A stretch of DNA of 64,000 nt, taken from positions 13,456,001 through 13,520,000 of the forward strand of contig NC_086118.1 in NCBI RefSeq assembly GCF_963921235.1, given 5' to 3'. The translations under genes and the position numbers were made by a program. Positions within the stretch are counted from its first letter, which is position 1. Each line of letters starts with the position of its first letter. The stretch comes from Mobula hypostoma (lineage: Eukaryota). The notes under the pieces are model-generated. The model was not told the origin of the DNA. It was given only the letters and a program-made list of their open reading frames with translations, and did no database searches. Below are positions 1 to 14,400 of the stretch, piece after piece.

Positions 1-224
1 ATGTAGGTCTTTTGTAACAGTGAGGTTTTGTAAAGCGAACGTTCGAAAAGCAGGGGACATCTGGTAAATATTACATCCTCCTGCCATTGAAACCCAAATC
101 ACTGAGACTTTTTAAGTCATAGACCTTCTAATGTCATTCTGCAGCTGCTCATAAGGTCACCTGTGATAGCTAGAAATGGGACTCCATTATCTAGTATCAA
201 CTTATATCTACTGGTTGTTACAGC

Positions 225-760
225 CAGGGGCATAATAGTGATAAGCTCGCACTATTAAACACTCCCAATTCTGTGCTGCTGAAACAGCTTCTGACAACCA
301 AGTCCAGCTCCTGGCCTTCATGTGTGGCTTAGCTAATATGCCCAGCAGAACCATTGCTACTGACAGGAAGAGGGACAAAGGCAGGTTACTGGTGCCTTAA
401 AGCCAGTTGCTTCGGGCAGATGGAGCTCATCAGCCGTGGTTGGTAGCTCATCTAGAAGGAAAACTGATCCCAAACCTCTGCTGTTTGTGACTATACCCAT
501 TCATGAGGAAGGCTGCAGGAGCAAAACTCCCAAAGGGAATAATCCAGAGCTGAAGTCCCTAAGGCAGTTCTACATTGAGTTCAAAACTGACCTGCTGCTG
601 GTGCCAAACTGTACTGTCCTCTGCCGTTCCTTTGGGTTCATTAGATGCGTGGAGGGGTGGGGGGCCTGCTACATGAGCAACAGCTTGCTCTCCATATTGT
701 ACTGCCCAGGCTTGTGTAGGATGCAACATCCATGGTTGACCCTGACCAACAGGGGCCTTT
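225..760 (+). mobile_element. Non-coding interspersed repeat, probably RTE-related
   Basis: 623-720 resembles the 3' block of the SINE at 41836-41928; no coding motifs. Confidence 0.5.
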
Positions 761-1899
761 GTTCATTGTACAATGATGTATGATGTTCCATAGACCCTGG
801 GTTAAATGATGTTTTAAGTCCTGACCTCTGTTGAATAAACTGGTCAGCTAGACTGACAATGAACTTAAAAACAAAGAAAAGGAACACAAAAAAAAAAATA
901 TTTTTCAGGTCTCATTTATAAATTCGTTAGATGAGAACAGGAAATCGTCTGATCAGAATTTCAGACACGAGGCAGGGAAATTATTTTGCTGAGTGAATGT
1001 TATTATTTGAAATACACCTTCTGCAGCTGAATCAGGCAACCATGTAGCAAACTTATACAGGTCCACATGGAACTGAGATAATTAGCAGAGCTTTCAAAAA
1101 AAAGTGACAGTAAAATACTGCCTCCAAATAACACACTTTATCTGGACTAACATTGTAAAGGCCAATCAAGGGGTGGTGAAGGGCTGTTATTTATGTCAGT
1201 TGAATGTATCGATTTTATGAAGGTAAGTTACCCTTCATCGCTTGCTTCAGGCTTTGGGTTTGCAAGTTCCTGACAGTTACTTGCCCTGAATATCATAGCT
1301 TCCCTCCCACCCTACAAACATAAAGGTTAACAAATTCCAGCTGCTTGAACAACCCCAAGGATTACCCTGTGAAAAGCAGGTTCACTGCAAAATGCCAGAA
1401 GTTTAGCCAATTATAAACATTGCAATATGTAAGGCAACAAGAAATATCGTTAGTCGTTTCGCGCAAAGTATTTTGGGTCTTCTATGGATGTTCAGTTGAT
1501 CACAAAGTGACAGCCTGGATGTGAAAAGAATAAATTATGCCTAATGAACCTAAATCTTTTGAAATTGTGACAGAATAATGGACATGGAAAAAGCTATCAA
1601 CGTCATTTAAATTGGACAGCAAGGTCTGAATTATGGAGGAAAGTCATCAACCCAAAATGTTAACTCTGATTCTTGCTCCACAAATGTAATCTGTTCCTGT
1701 TTCTGTTCCTCCTTTACATCCACACTGTTATTCACAGCTGATCTTCAATCTCAGTTTAGTTTTCCTACTCAACCCTATATTCCTGATACATGGTAGATTG
1801 ACTTGTACCAACAGAATGGGCCCTTCAATCTAATTCATCCATTCAGACGCAGAGACAGAGAGAAGTACACTTGGCCCTTCTCCCTCTAAACCTTTCATA

Positions 1900-2460
1900 T
1901 CTAGGTACCACCCAAGAGTCTTCTACATGTGGGGATTGTATTAACTACTACTTTGGAAGCTTGGTCCATATACCCCACAATCTTCTGTATGAAAGACTTG
2001 TTTCTCAAATACACCTTAAATCTTTCCTGTCCTTCCTGAAACATATTCATTCGAGTTTTAGATTGTCTTATCCAAAGAAAACATCTGATACTATTCACCC
2101 TGGATATATCCTTCAGGGTTTAATAAACATCCATAAAATCAACCCTCAGCCTCCTTTGCTCCAGGAAAAACAGTCCAAGACTATCTATTCTCTAATAATT
2201 CAAGCCCCCTGACCCAGTCCAAGCTACATACCTGTGATTCTTTCTGCGCCCTCCCTAGATTAATAACGCCTTTCTTGTAGTATGGTGACCAGAGCTACAC
2301 ACAATATTCCAAATGAGTATAACAAAAGAGTTGTACAGTTATATCATGACATCCCAATTCCTATACTCAAATACTTCAAGCAATGAAGCAAGCATACCAT
2401 AGACATTCTTTACCATCTTGTCTACCTGTGTCATCACTTTCAGGGTATAAACAGTGTTTG
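1900..2460 (-). mobile_element. Degenerate CR1 3' fragment
   Basis: Antisense CR1 motifs such as GACCAGAGCTACACACAATATTCC. Confidence 0.7.
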
Positions 2461-2554
2461 AACTAGTATTGATACAACTCCCTTAATAACGTCATGCTGC
2501 AATAAGCCTCCCACACTTCCTTCCAACTTCCCTACCACTTCTTCCCCAACCCTA

Positions 2555-3710
2555 GATGCTCTAACCAATCTTAGTTTTTCCAAGGATGTTACCAGGAAAG
2601 CCGATGAAAGAAAAGCAGTGGATGTTGTCTCCATGCAAGGCCTTTGGGAGGCTGGTCAAGAAGCTTCAGTTGCTTGGCATTCAGGATGAGGAAGCAAATT
2701 GGATTCAACATTGTCTTTGTGGGAGAAGCAAGAGAGTGGTAGTAAATGGTTGCCGTTCTTCTGACTGGAGGCCTGTGTCTAGAGATGTGCCACAGCAATT
2801 GGTGCTGGGTCTGTAGTTTGTCATCTACATCAGTGATCTAGAAGATAATGTGGTAAACTGTATTTGCTAATTTGTGGTTGATGCCAAAACTGGGGGATAG
2901 TGGACAATGAGGAAAGCTTGTGGCTGGATCAGTACCATTTGAGAAAATGGACTGAGAAATAGCAGATGGAGCTTAATACAGACAAGTGTGAGATGTTGCA
3001 CTTCAGACAAACTAGGGTTGGACTTGCCCACTGATCAGTAGGGCACTGAGGTGTGCTGTAGAACACAGGGATCTTGGAATACAAATCCACAATTCTTTGA
3101 AAGTGGCATTATCAGTAGACAGGGTCATAAAGAGACCTTTCGACACATTGGCCTTCATAAATCAAGACTTGAGCTGGTATGTTGTGCAAATTGATTAGAG
3201 TATGCAGTTCTAGTCACTAACAGAAAAGGTATCAGTAAGATTGAAAGAATACAGGAAAAAAATTCCCGGGACTTGAGGACCCAAGTTATAGGGAAAGGAT
3301 GAATAGGTTATGACTTTATTCCTTGGAATAAAGGAGAAAGAGGGGAGATTTGATTGAGGTATACAAAATAATGAGGGGTATAGAGGATTAATGCAAACAG
3401 CCTTTTTCCAGTGAAGTTGGGCGAAACTAAAGTTCATAGGTTAAGTGTGAGAGGTGAAGTATTTAATCAGGAGCCCAAGGGAGGGAATCGTCTTACTCAG
3501 ATGTTGTGAGTGTAGAATGAGCTGCCAGAGGAAGGGGTGGATGTGGGCTTGATTTCAGCATTTAAGGGAAATTTGAATAAGTACATGGATGAGTCGGGTA
3601 TGGAGGGTTATGGTTTATGTGTGGGTAGATGGGACTAGGCAGAATAACATTTGGCACAGACTAGATAAGCCACAGGAGATTTCCTGAGCTGCAGTGCTCT
3701 ATGACTATGG
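2555..3710 (+). mobile_element. Degenerate CR1 RT and 3' end
   Basis: WRPVSRDVPQ..VLG, CR1 3' UTR and CTCTATGACTATG tail. Confidence 0.85.
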
Positions 3711-6700
3711 GTTTAAATGCCTCTACCATCTAACAGAGGGAATCAATAGCTCAGCACTCTCTGTGCCTCTTTAGACCAAAGACTGGGAAAAGGGTAAAGT
3801 GAGAAAGGCACCAAAAGCACTGAGCAGAGGTGAACAGCAGAGGAATCCTTGTTGAGTTCTAATGTCTGTTAACTGACTTAGAGCTAAACAATTACCTAAA
3901 CACCACCAACTGCCATCTTAGCCTGGCTGATCCTAAGTGTGCACTTGAATTCTATTGGATGTAAATATTCCATTTATTCTATATAAATGGACTTTCTATT
4001 CAAGCAGAATGAAATTTTCAGTTGAAGTAGGTCAGATTCTATATTGCTTTCATTCTAATCGTGTCTTACAGTTCACTGAAATCCAAAACTGAATAAGAAA
4101 TGTTATCTTAACTTCAAATACTTTGTTGCTTGGCAATTCCTGTTTACAACCACAATTGAAGAGCACATTTAATGTCAGGAATCAACATGAAGAACTTCAA
4201 TGTACAAAGTTCAAACACACACCAAGACAGAATAGTAGAAATGAGGATAAGAAACCAAAAGCTTGGTTAAAACTATAGATCTTAGTTTCTAAATATTTAA
4301 GATAAATAGAGATAGACACATTTGGAAAAGAAATTATGGAGCTTAGGACCAAGTTTTAGATTCAATTGCCAGCAACAAACATTGGGGGTGGTGGGAAGGA
4401 GTAAATTTCAGATTTATTTAACACACGTACATCAAATCACCCAATGGAATTTGTTGTTTGCATTAACAGCCAACTTACCAAAAGATGTACTGAAGGCAGT
4501 CCACAAGTCTCACCATCCATTTTGGTTCCAATCTAGCATGCCCACCATGTTTGGCAGAACAAAAAAACAGAACATATCAAGTGACAAAACAACAGCAAAA
4601 CAAGTTCTCTTCCTCCGTCCCACACAGGCACATACATAGACCCCCAACCCAGGAGGGGCTGTCTTGGGCCTCCAGACTCCAGCGGACTCATGAATTTGCA
4701 GACACTGGGCATTCCACTTCCTCAATGGACCTGGTTTTACAGACTTTCGGCTCTGGCCATCGGGCCTTGACTTCTGATCAACCTTCAGGCTTCAATCTTC
4801 AGGACTCGATGATGAATGAAGACCCAAATTCTCAGCTTTGAACTCTGGCTTCACCGATTTGCACACCTTGGGGGGTTACTGGCCCTCAAGCTTCCTGCCA
4901 GCATTGTAACCTAACCCCTGATATGGAGGTAATTTGATTTAGAGGAGCACTGGGACCTTCAAGGTTTGTGGAATTGGAAGAGATTGCTGAGATAGGAAGA
5001 AGCAGGTCATGCAGAGAACTGAACATAATTTGAAAATGGTTAAACACGTTTTACAGACATTTTCCTCCAATCACTCTAATTTAACCTCACTGAAGCACAC
5101 TTAGTTATTAGATTTTAAGAGAATATTTTTAATTTACACATTGAAGTAAAATACACTAAAATTGGCATATACAGCATTTCAAAATATTAGTACAAATATA
5201 ATATCGAGATAGAACCCCAGATTTCCTGTAAAGAGCATTTAAATTCAGCTTTCAATTCACAAATTTATAATTAGTGTGCAAGAACATTTATCTCTACCTA
5301 GAAATAACCTTTCCCTGTACTCCACTTCAACAACCTTCCAGCAAGTACCAGCAAAAGAATCTCTACCAATCCATTTGATTACTTTGACTCCACCCCATTA
5401 ACAATGTCCAGACTTAAATCAAAGGTGAAATACTTTGGTCTTTCACCATTCGGTTTAGGCACAGCCTCTGGTGTAATTCCTATCAATAACAGTTACAGCT
5501 CACTGTAGAATGTAAATTATGGGACAACTCAATTTCCAAAAGTTATGCAGCTGGGTCTTAAGAGGCACTGCCATTTAAACCAAACTCCAGGTGACTTTCA
5601 AATGCCAATGTGAGACAGGTGTTCGAAAATTGTATTTCCATGTATAAAGCTTCTGTATTTCACTTTATTCCCCCTCTTCCTGATACCATTCATACAGTGT
5701 ATTGTTTTCAGAATTATGGTTTTAGACAGTACCTCTGCACATACCAAGGATAAATTGTTACCACTGGAAATCACTGAGGTGCATTTATTTTAAATGAAGC
5801 TCTCCCTCAACCATGAAAAATTGCCAACAATTCCTGTCTGATTTCTATCCAACTTCCTCCCTTTGCTGTCCGTCTCCAGGGTTCCTCAATCCTTTTCCTT
5901 CTGTCCAACCACTAATGTCCATAGCTCTTGCTTGTTCCTCCATCTTCCAACCTCACTCCTCTCTTCCTTTCTTCCAGTTGTCTTCTCCCCGCAGCATATG
6001 CTTCCTTATTTTTCCTCTTGCTCTAACTCATAGTAGCAGCTGTTAAAACTCTGTAGCCACTTTATTAGGCTTCGTCTGCGCCAAAGTGGACACCAACTGT
6101 GTGTTCATGGTCTTCTGCTGTTGAAGTACACCCACCTCATAGGTCTCTGTTGTGCATTTAGTGGTGTTCTTTCGCACACTGCCGTTGGAGAGTTATTGCT
6201 TTTCAGAATAGCTAATACTTTTCAGAAAGTCAAATACACACATAAACATTGCGATGGCAGTGATATTCTAATAAATTTCTCATGTTCAATGTCTGTCCTA
6301 AAGATCCCAATTTAGCAATTAGATGTTTCCTTGGCACCTCGTAGGAACTGCATTTGAGCAATATATGCGGCACTATTACTTGATAAGTACATTCCCTACA
6401 GATGCCAATATGATATATTGACTCTGAACTGGGAATTATTCAATCTAACATGTCCAGTATGTAGACATGCAAGTATAACTTTACTTCTTTTACACCCATC
6501 TATTTGTCAAGTTCCTCTGTATTTCATATAAATATCATCTTTTCTTTTCCTAATCCGAACTTTGTTGCCACAATGGCTGAACAGACTCTTTAATTATGGC
6601 TTTCATTCTACCCACCACCCATGCAAAGACACCACTACATTTATATCCTGAATTTTAAGTGAATGCTTGGCAAGAATGTCTGCCACTTCAACATGGGCAG

Positions 6701-8708
6701 GAATCCATATGAAATGTATATACAGGCCTAGACCCTGCAGCCCCAACAGGTGTTGCCCATTCTCAAGAAGAATGTCTGGCCTACAATCTGAAGTACCTGT
6801 TATAATAGATGTCAAGACTGAGAGTGATTCAGAGCACTGAAGTACATAATCAGGGTGAACTTCTTCAACTCATTCCAAGGCTAAAATGATAGTCACCACC
6901 TCAGTAGTGAATACTGATACTTAGTCTGATAATCTTTTCATAGTCACCTCAAACTTTAGAGCAGAATCAACTGTACAACCTGTCAGTGGATCTTTTGAAC
7001 CATCTGAGTAGATATGCACGTATCCATAGAGCGTCTTCCCACATTGCTGAACTTCCTGTGCCACGGAAATAACCATTTATCTTGAAGGCCCAAATCAACC
7101 CCAGTCAAAAAGGGAAAAACCATAGAGAAGTGAGTGACAAAAAATGAGTACACTTGGACCAAAATCCACATTAACAGCACAAGATTTGTTGCCCCATTTA
7201 TTTTCCATTCACGCAAAACAGAAAACCTTATGAATACAGTGCTCCCAGTACTCTACTAATGTTGGCAATATTCAATGACCAACTTTATGCCCTCTTACAT
7301 TAATCCAATGCTAATTGTAACCTGCACAGATGTAAAGGTACTTCACCCATTTCTAACAGTAATGCAAAAATTGGTGAATTTATACTACCACAACAATCTC
7401 AATGCTCGAGTTTGAACTTTATCTAGGGGCTATAATACCACTGGTGAAGGTGACCCATAAGCAACACATCCATAATCAAAAACTAATCTGATTAAAACAA
7501 TATATACTTCTTTGTGACCTCCTACTCACAGCAAATCACACCCACCCACCCACCTGAGCGTATTCAGGGCTTGTTTACACTTCTCTAGAATTTTATTCAC
7601 ATGCACCTTCCATGTTAGCTTTGTGTCCATCCAGATTCCTAGAAGCTTTACCACTGACTCAGCTTTAAGAGATTTACCATATATCTTGAGATCAATTCTG
7701 AGTGTAATGTTCCTTTTAGAAAAGGAAACTTGAGGTTTTGCAACAAAAATATTAAACTACCAGCAACATTCTCATTCCTCTACTTCATTAATAATTGCCC
7801 ACATCTTCCATCTAGAAAAGTTATATTCCTGCCTCTACCAAGTCAACATTTAAGAAAATAATCATAATATTAAAAAAGGAGTAGGCTGCGCACATTCTCT
7901 ATCTCCTACTCCTTACAGAATGTTGCTCTAACCCTAACCTGCATCTTTCCAATTATATTTAAAAATCTTGAACCCAATTGACATTCTACCACCCATTTCC
8001 ATCTTTTCCAGTTTAAGCAGCAATCCATGTGAACATAACATATCATAAGCTTTCTCTACATTGAAGAAAACTGCTACCACTGATTCTTTAACGTTTATTT
8101 TACGAATATCAGATTCCGAAATTAGCACTGAGTCCATAGTCATTCTCCCTTTACGAAATCCACATTGATACACAGCTAATTTTCTATTATTTTCCAGAAA
8201 ATAAGAAAGCCTTGCTATAAACATTCATTCAATTAACTTACATACTATACAGGTGAAGTTAGCAAAATAAGTTTAAAGCTGGAAGGATCTGATTGATCCT
8301 TACCAGGTTTCAATATAGGATAACAACCACCAATTTCCAGGAAGCAGGAAGTCACCCTTCAACACATTGTATTAACGAATTTCAAAACTAACACAAGTTT
8401 CAAATCCTGATAACTATGTAAATGTATTATAGCAAACATCTTTTGCAGGTGATGTCTGACCAGCACCGTTAATAGCCCTTTTAAGTTCAGACAATGCAAA
8501 TTCAACAACCAAGCAGAAATTGGAATATTCAATTTTCTCGGCAATCTGAGAATTGCTAGCTAAAACTGTTTCTCTACAAGACCTCTCTTCTTTACTTAAA
8601 CTGGATATTCTATATATACAAACACATGTTTTTGCTAACAAGTTTGCTTTTTTCTGAATCAGTAAAGGCAATTTTCTCCCCCACCATACTAAAATCGGTA
8701 ATGCATTG

Positions 8709-9235
8709 TGTAACAGCCTGGGAAAGGTTCCCCTGCTAACGTAATGGTTTCTCTGTAGCGCAGTGTTTGGGTTATGACTAGAGATAACGGGGGCTTTGGA
8801 ATGAGTGCTGACCAATGACGGGAGATCCTTCTTTCTTGTATGCCCAGGAACAGGTTTCACGGTCTTTTGTTCGGTGGAAGATGGAGACAGAAGGTGCCAG
8901 AACGGGGAAGTCGTAGACTCTGGGTTGTGGGGGGGGAGAAAAAAAACTGGAAATCAAACAGATGGGAAAACAGTGAGTTCCAATGTTGCGCATTAGACTC
9001 TCATGAGAATGGGCCCTTTAGCTTTTTTGTTTTCTCTACTAACCCTGTAGTCAAATTAAGAATTATAAAGCTCAGTCGTTTAATTGCATATTGTGTACTG
9101 TTTGTTATTTTGTGGTACTGATTTGTAACAGGGGAACACATCACGCAGCATCCACACAAAGAAGATTTCCTAAGTTTGGCCAGCCAGAGGCTGTCTTCCC
9201 CTAGATTAAGCTGCTAGCCGAACTGGAGGGTTACA
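8709..9235. mobile_element. 527-bp solo LTR inserted in the I/Nimb LINE
   Basis: TGTAAC...GTTACA inverted termini; 4-bp TSD ATTG/ATTC with one mismatch; host sequence resumes on both sides. Confidence 0.8.
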
Positions 9236-9442
9236 ATTCCTTTCTCACTCCTCACCACACCGCCCCCCCCCAATTTTTCTGGATCATACCGCAAACTGTC
9301 CAATTTTCCCCAAAAGCTTTGTTCTGCTCCTGCACAGCTCTTTTACATCACCCATCCATCAGAGAACAGCTCTCATTTTATTATCTCCCAACAGGCTAGG
9401 AATTGATTCCTTAGCTATTGAGTTGAGCACAGAGCACAAGGT

Positions 9443-9606
9443 ATACTTTATACTTTATACTTCATTGTCACCAAACAATTGATACTAGACGTACAATTAT
9501 CATAGCGATATTTGATTCTGCACTTCCCGCTCCCTGGATTACAAATCGATAGTGAATATTAAAAATTTAAATTATAAATCATAAATAGAAAATAGCAAAA
9601 TGGAAT
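9443..9606 (-). mobile_element. Rex1/Babar 3' UTR fragment
   Basis: Reverse complement of about 13200-13360. Confidence 0.85.
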
Positions 9607-9937
9607 GAAAAATGAATATAGAAAAATATTATTACTCAACCAGATATCCTCTGGAACCAAAAGATCAGGAAATCTACTTTCACATAAGTAATCAAATACA
9701 TCCCAATTTGCCGTTTTAAAGTTCCATCTAGGGATATGGGATCCTTTCCTCTGATACAGATCTAATCCCATTGTACAGATACTGAGGAAATGATCACTCC
9801 CTGCCGTTGTATCATTATACACTTTTCTGTTATACACCCCTGCTATATCCTCAGATACCTGTGCAAGCTCTATAGCAGAAATAGTGTCAAGTAGATTTAT
9901 CCTTGTACTTCTATCAACATTCAAGCACACCAGTTTT

Positions 9938-10683
9938 CTTCAAGAACTACTCACTATAGTGGCAGCAGAAAGTAATCGCAGAGGCCTCTCAATCAACACC
10001 AAGAAGACAGAAAGCATGGTCATCTCCAGAAGGACAAACATCCCACAATGTGTGATCAGGATTGGAAATGCAAACATCAAACAAGTCAACAAATTCAGAT
10101 ATCCTGGCAGCCGAATAACAAGTGATGGCAGGTGTGACACAGATATCAAATACAGAATAGCTATGGCGAACAAGCTTTCCAAAAAATGAAGACCATATTA
10201 ACAGACAGAAAGATGAGCACGTACACTAAAAACAGAATACTGCAGTGCTACATTTATTCTATCCTGAGTTATGGAAGTGAATGCTGGAATATTTCCCCAG
10301 CAATGGAAAAGAGACTAGAAGCAGCTGAATTATGGTTCTACAGGAGAATGTTAAAAATATCATGGACCACACACACATCAAATGAAGAAGTTCTCAGAAG
10401 AGCCCAAGCAGTTCGATCACTCATACCAACAATAAGAGAAAGACAACTCAGATTCCTAGGACACAGCATGCAGAAAGATGAACTAGAAAAACTCATACTC
10501 TCTGGAAAGCTTGAGGGGACCAAACCTACAGGAAGACCGCGGCTTATGTGTACATCAAAAACCTAGCCAGGTGGCTACACATTGAGGAAATGGAAGTCAT
10601 TCAAAGAACGAGAGCTAGATCTATATGGAAAACCATGGTCACCAACATCTGCATTGGATATGGTACCTAGACAGACAGACAGA
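9938..10683 (+). mobile_element. RTE-clade LINE 3' fragment with (GACA)n tail
   Basis: GLSINTKKT..VNKFRY..RIAMA; YGSECW..RLEAAELWFYRRMLKISW..SNEEVL; single frameshift near 10170. Confidence 0.9.
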
Positions 10684-12078
10684 TTTGATAAAAGCATTAG
10701 GAGATATCGTGGGTGAAAATCCTATAAGAGATGGAGCTCTGTTAGTATTTTGTAAATATGATGAGCAATGTGAGAGAAATCTGTAGTTAGTTTAATAGGA
10801 TCAATATCAGGAACAGAACGATTCACAGGTCAACATGCCTTTAAACTCTTCCATCTTTTATTTAAATCACACAATAAGCCACTGCAATCCTCAGTTCACC
10901 ACCTATTATTCAGTTTTCCAGAAACCTACCACTCATCTTCCTCCATACAACTGCTATCACTCAATACCACTTCACTTTCACTACCACTGCCCTTTTTGTC
11001 ACTTCCTACAATCTCTACCCCTCTTTCTACCTGAGAGAAGGCACCTAACAACAGCTGAGTCCTTTGCCTCAACCCCAGTCAGCTTCCGCACTTTCTTCTT
11101 GGATCACTCAGACTCCGTGCAAAAGTCCAACTCTTTACCATATCTGCGTGCTTTTATGCATTGAGCTGCTACCACATAATTGGCTGACAAGATATTGCAT
11201 TAGCTATCACAGGGTTCAAAATTCTTAGTCACCACTTGATTGTTGCTGTTGTCACTGATACTCTGAATTCCATCTCACCCATGATATCACCCTGGTCCTA
11301 CGGACCAATCATGATTCCTTGGTCCAAGTGAAGTCCAAAGAACTGAGAGAAAGATACCTTAATAAATATGAATTTCACAAGCCCAGGGAGACACTCAGAG
11401 ATAGAAAATTTTTGTTCTTTTGTTCTCATGCCATTAACACAGCCTGGTTCCTTTCATTCAAATGAATAGTAGTCATTTACAGAGTCCAGCATACCCTGAT
11501 AAATCATTAGACTGTTTAATAGTTACTCCTTGTCCATCAGTCCACCAATGTTTTTGAATTAACATTCTTTTAGTTATAAAAGAACATTATTACATTTAAG
11601 CGACAAGATCAAACCCAAAAAATCCATCAAGCCAACTTGACAGACACCAAGAGAGAATCCATCAACCTAGCACTCAACGTGATCAACAGATGTTTAGTCA
11701 TTAACATCCTCATCTTAATGGTGCCTGCCTGAGACCAGGAAAGAATCCAGCCACGATTAGCAAACACTAGATATTAACATACCTACAGTGTTTATTTGTA
11801 TGGACATGCACATTCTGTGAGCTCAGAAAGAGTTAAATTGTCATTTTGAATTGTTCAGACATTCAGCTTGTATTTTACAAAATTTAATGCAGCGCATCTT
11901 CGTTTGACTTTTAACGGTGGTTGGCAGTCCAACTTGAAGTTGAATTACCACCAAATGGACAGGAGTATGACGTAGAGGATTGGGAAATAAAACTCTATCT
12001 CTTTTCAAAAAAAAAAGCTTTAAAAAACCCAGAAGTCCTATCATTACCTGTAATACAGGCACAAAGACAGCAACACTC

Positions 12079-12723
12079 AGTGAAGAGAAGATGGCAACGC
12101 GACACAGCACACAGTGGCCACTCCTGATTTAATGGAGACAGACGTGAGAAGTATGAAGGAACATCTGGTGAAACTTCTGAAATGCCTGTTTCGCTGCTGC
12201 TGCTACTGTGCGAACCAGAATCTCCTGAGGGGAAGGCCCCGAATTGTCAGCTTTACCTGTTGCTTGGCGGCCGGGGCCAGGGTCCAAGCGCTCGGCAGAG
12301 ATGGTGCTCGGTGCTCGGTGTCGGAGTGCTGGTCGGAGGCTCAAATTTTTGGACGGACTCAGAGTCGGCTGTGGTCGAGTGCTTCCAGGATGCTGCATCG
12401 GCAAGTTTGCGGCGCTGGAGTTTCATGACAGGGAGAATTTTTCTTCCTTCCACCGTCTGCGTGAGATAATGGGGCTATCAGGACTTTGAGACTTTTTTTT
12501 ACTGTGCCCATGGTCTGCTCTTATCAAATTACAGTATTGCTTTGCACTGTTGTAACTATATGTTATAATTATGTGGTTTTTGTCAGTTTTAGTCTTGGTC
12601 TGTCTTGTGTTTCTGTGATAATATACTGGAGGAAAATGATACCATTTCTTAATGCATGCATTACTAAATGACAATAAACGAGAACTGAGTGTCCTCATAA
12701 TCTAATCTAATCTAATTTAATCT
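12079..12723 (+). mobile_element. Non-coding retroposon with AAGATGGC head and LINE-like tail, copy 1
   Basis: TSD AACACTC/AACATTC; AATAAA plus (TAATC)n tail; homologous to 28784-29420. Confidence 0.82.
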
Positions 12724-12944
12724 AACATTCCTATTTAATTTATCTTTTGAACATCTGTAAAAATGATTACCATAATTATAATAAAATTTTACTTGATATA
12801 TTAATGAATCAACAGAGTCCTTAGACTTTACTAAATCATATAAGATGAAATCATCTAAAGTCAATGGAAAAAGACCAAGTTGGGTTTACCAAGAAAGCTA
12901 CAATCCAACAAACCCATATACCTAGCATGATAAGAACCCAGTAA

Positions 12945-13360
12945 CTTGGACTCACTTTACACCACACGCTGTCGGAGCAGTGCTGCCAGGATAATCAAGG
13001 ACATGACCCACCCAGCCAACACACTTTTCGTCCCTCTTCCCACCGGGAGAAGACTCAGGAGCTTGAAGACTCGTATGGCCAGATTTGGGAACAGCTTCTT
13101 TCCAACTGTGATAAGAATGCTGAACGGATCCTGACCCGGATCTGGGCCGTACCCTCCAAATATCTGGACCTGCATCTCGTTTTTTTTTGCACTACCTTAC
13201 TTTCCATTTTTCTATTTTCTATTTATGATTTATAATTTAAATTTTTAATATTTACTATCGATTTGTAAGCCAGGGAGCGGGAAGCGCAGAATCAAATATC
13301 GCTATGATGATTGTACGTTCTAGTATCAATTGTTTGGCGACAATAAAGTAATAAAGTATA
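12945..13360 (+). mobile_element. Rex1/Babar LINE 3' fragment
   Basis: IIKDMTHPANTLFVPLPTGRRLRS..NSFFPTVIRMLN, then 3' UTR and AATAAAGTA tail. Confidence 0.9.
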
Positions 13361-13364
13361 ACCA

Positions 13365-14400
13365 AAAACACTCTTCTTGTGATGTTCCTTACACTCTTCC
13401 AACACACCTTTAACAGGATGATCATTTCTTTGCCTCCTCAAGTTTATCCAATATGTTAACAGCAACTTCAATATCAGCAATTGTAAGGATTTCAATCAGT
13501 AAAGCCAAAAAAGGGGACAGTGTTATTGCATCACAACAGTCTTAAAGCCTGGGCTTGTATCTCATCCACACATTTTAAAGTTGAAGATAAAGCTGATCCA
13601 TAAGCCACACAGCCATAATTAAGAACAGATCTAAATAAACAAATATAAATGGCCAACAAAGAATAGTGTGTAGCACCCCAAGGATATCCACATAGACATC
13701 CGAGAATATTTATTACTCATTTACATTTATCAGTTATCATCCATCCACATACCCAGAAATCTTACCACTGACACTTCCTCAAGAATATCACCATATAACT
13801 TCAAAACACGTAACTACTGTTCTAGCTACTGAAATCTTAAATCCTCAACTATTTGCTCTTATTACTTGTATTCTATATACAATAAAATTGAAATTTCTAC
13901 CTTTAATCCATAAAGCCCTTTATCTGCATTTACCCATCCCAGTACCTATCTCAGAGAAAACATCATGGATCTTAATATTAAATAAAAAAAGGGCTATAAA
14001 TACTGTCTTGGGGTTGCATTTCTATCGCATAGAAATCCAAATATACTATATTCCACCGTTACCTGCACAGACTGTCTAATTTTTAAAAACTCAGAAACAT
14101 TATACAATCTTCCCCTCACTCTTAATTTCCATAATTAGATCAAAATTCCTTCCTTCCATAGCATATCATATGATTTTTCAATATCAAAAATACTATTATA
14201 GGTTCTTTACTTACAGGTGCTTTTCTAAATCATCTTCAAAATACAAACTTGAATCCAATGTCATTCTACCCTTCCAAAATCCTCTTTGATAAAATACCAT
14301 ATCACCTATCTTTTCTAAAATATTAATTACTTCAAACGGTCCATTGCCATATATTCCATAACTTTCCATAAATGAGATATTAATGATCTTTGCCTATAAC
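13365..14400 (-). mobile_element. Possible very old L1/Tx1 ORF2 3' remnant
   Basis: Strand-biased composition and weak C-terminal motifs only. Confidence 0.35.

Larger units (their letters stand above)
6320..9935 (-). mobile_element. Old I/Nimb-clade LINE with RNase H, heavily degenerate (may extend to about 11200)
   Basis: End of APE domain GSDHF..PRWNFKTANW; RT YQCGFRKGR..FFNVEKAYD; RNase H HIYSDGSKD (near 7000) and WIPAHV..ADILAK. Confidence 0.82.

Noticed and set aside
6045..6200. Tc1-like terminal motif GCCACTTTATTAGG (and a Tigger-like end at 1-64)
   Set aside because: Only one degraded end is visible in each case, with no matching terminal repeat or TSD
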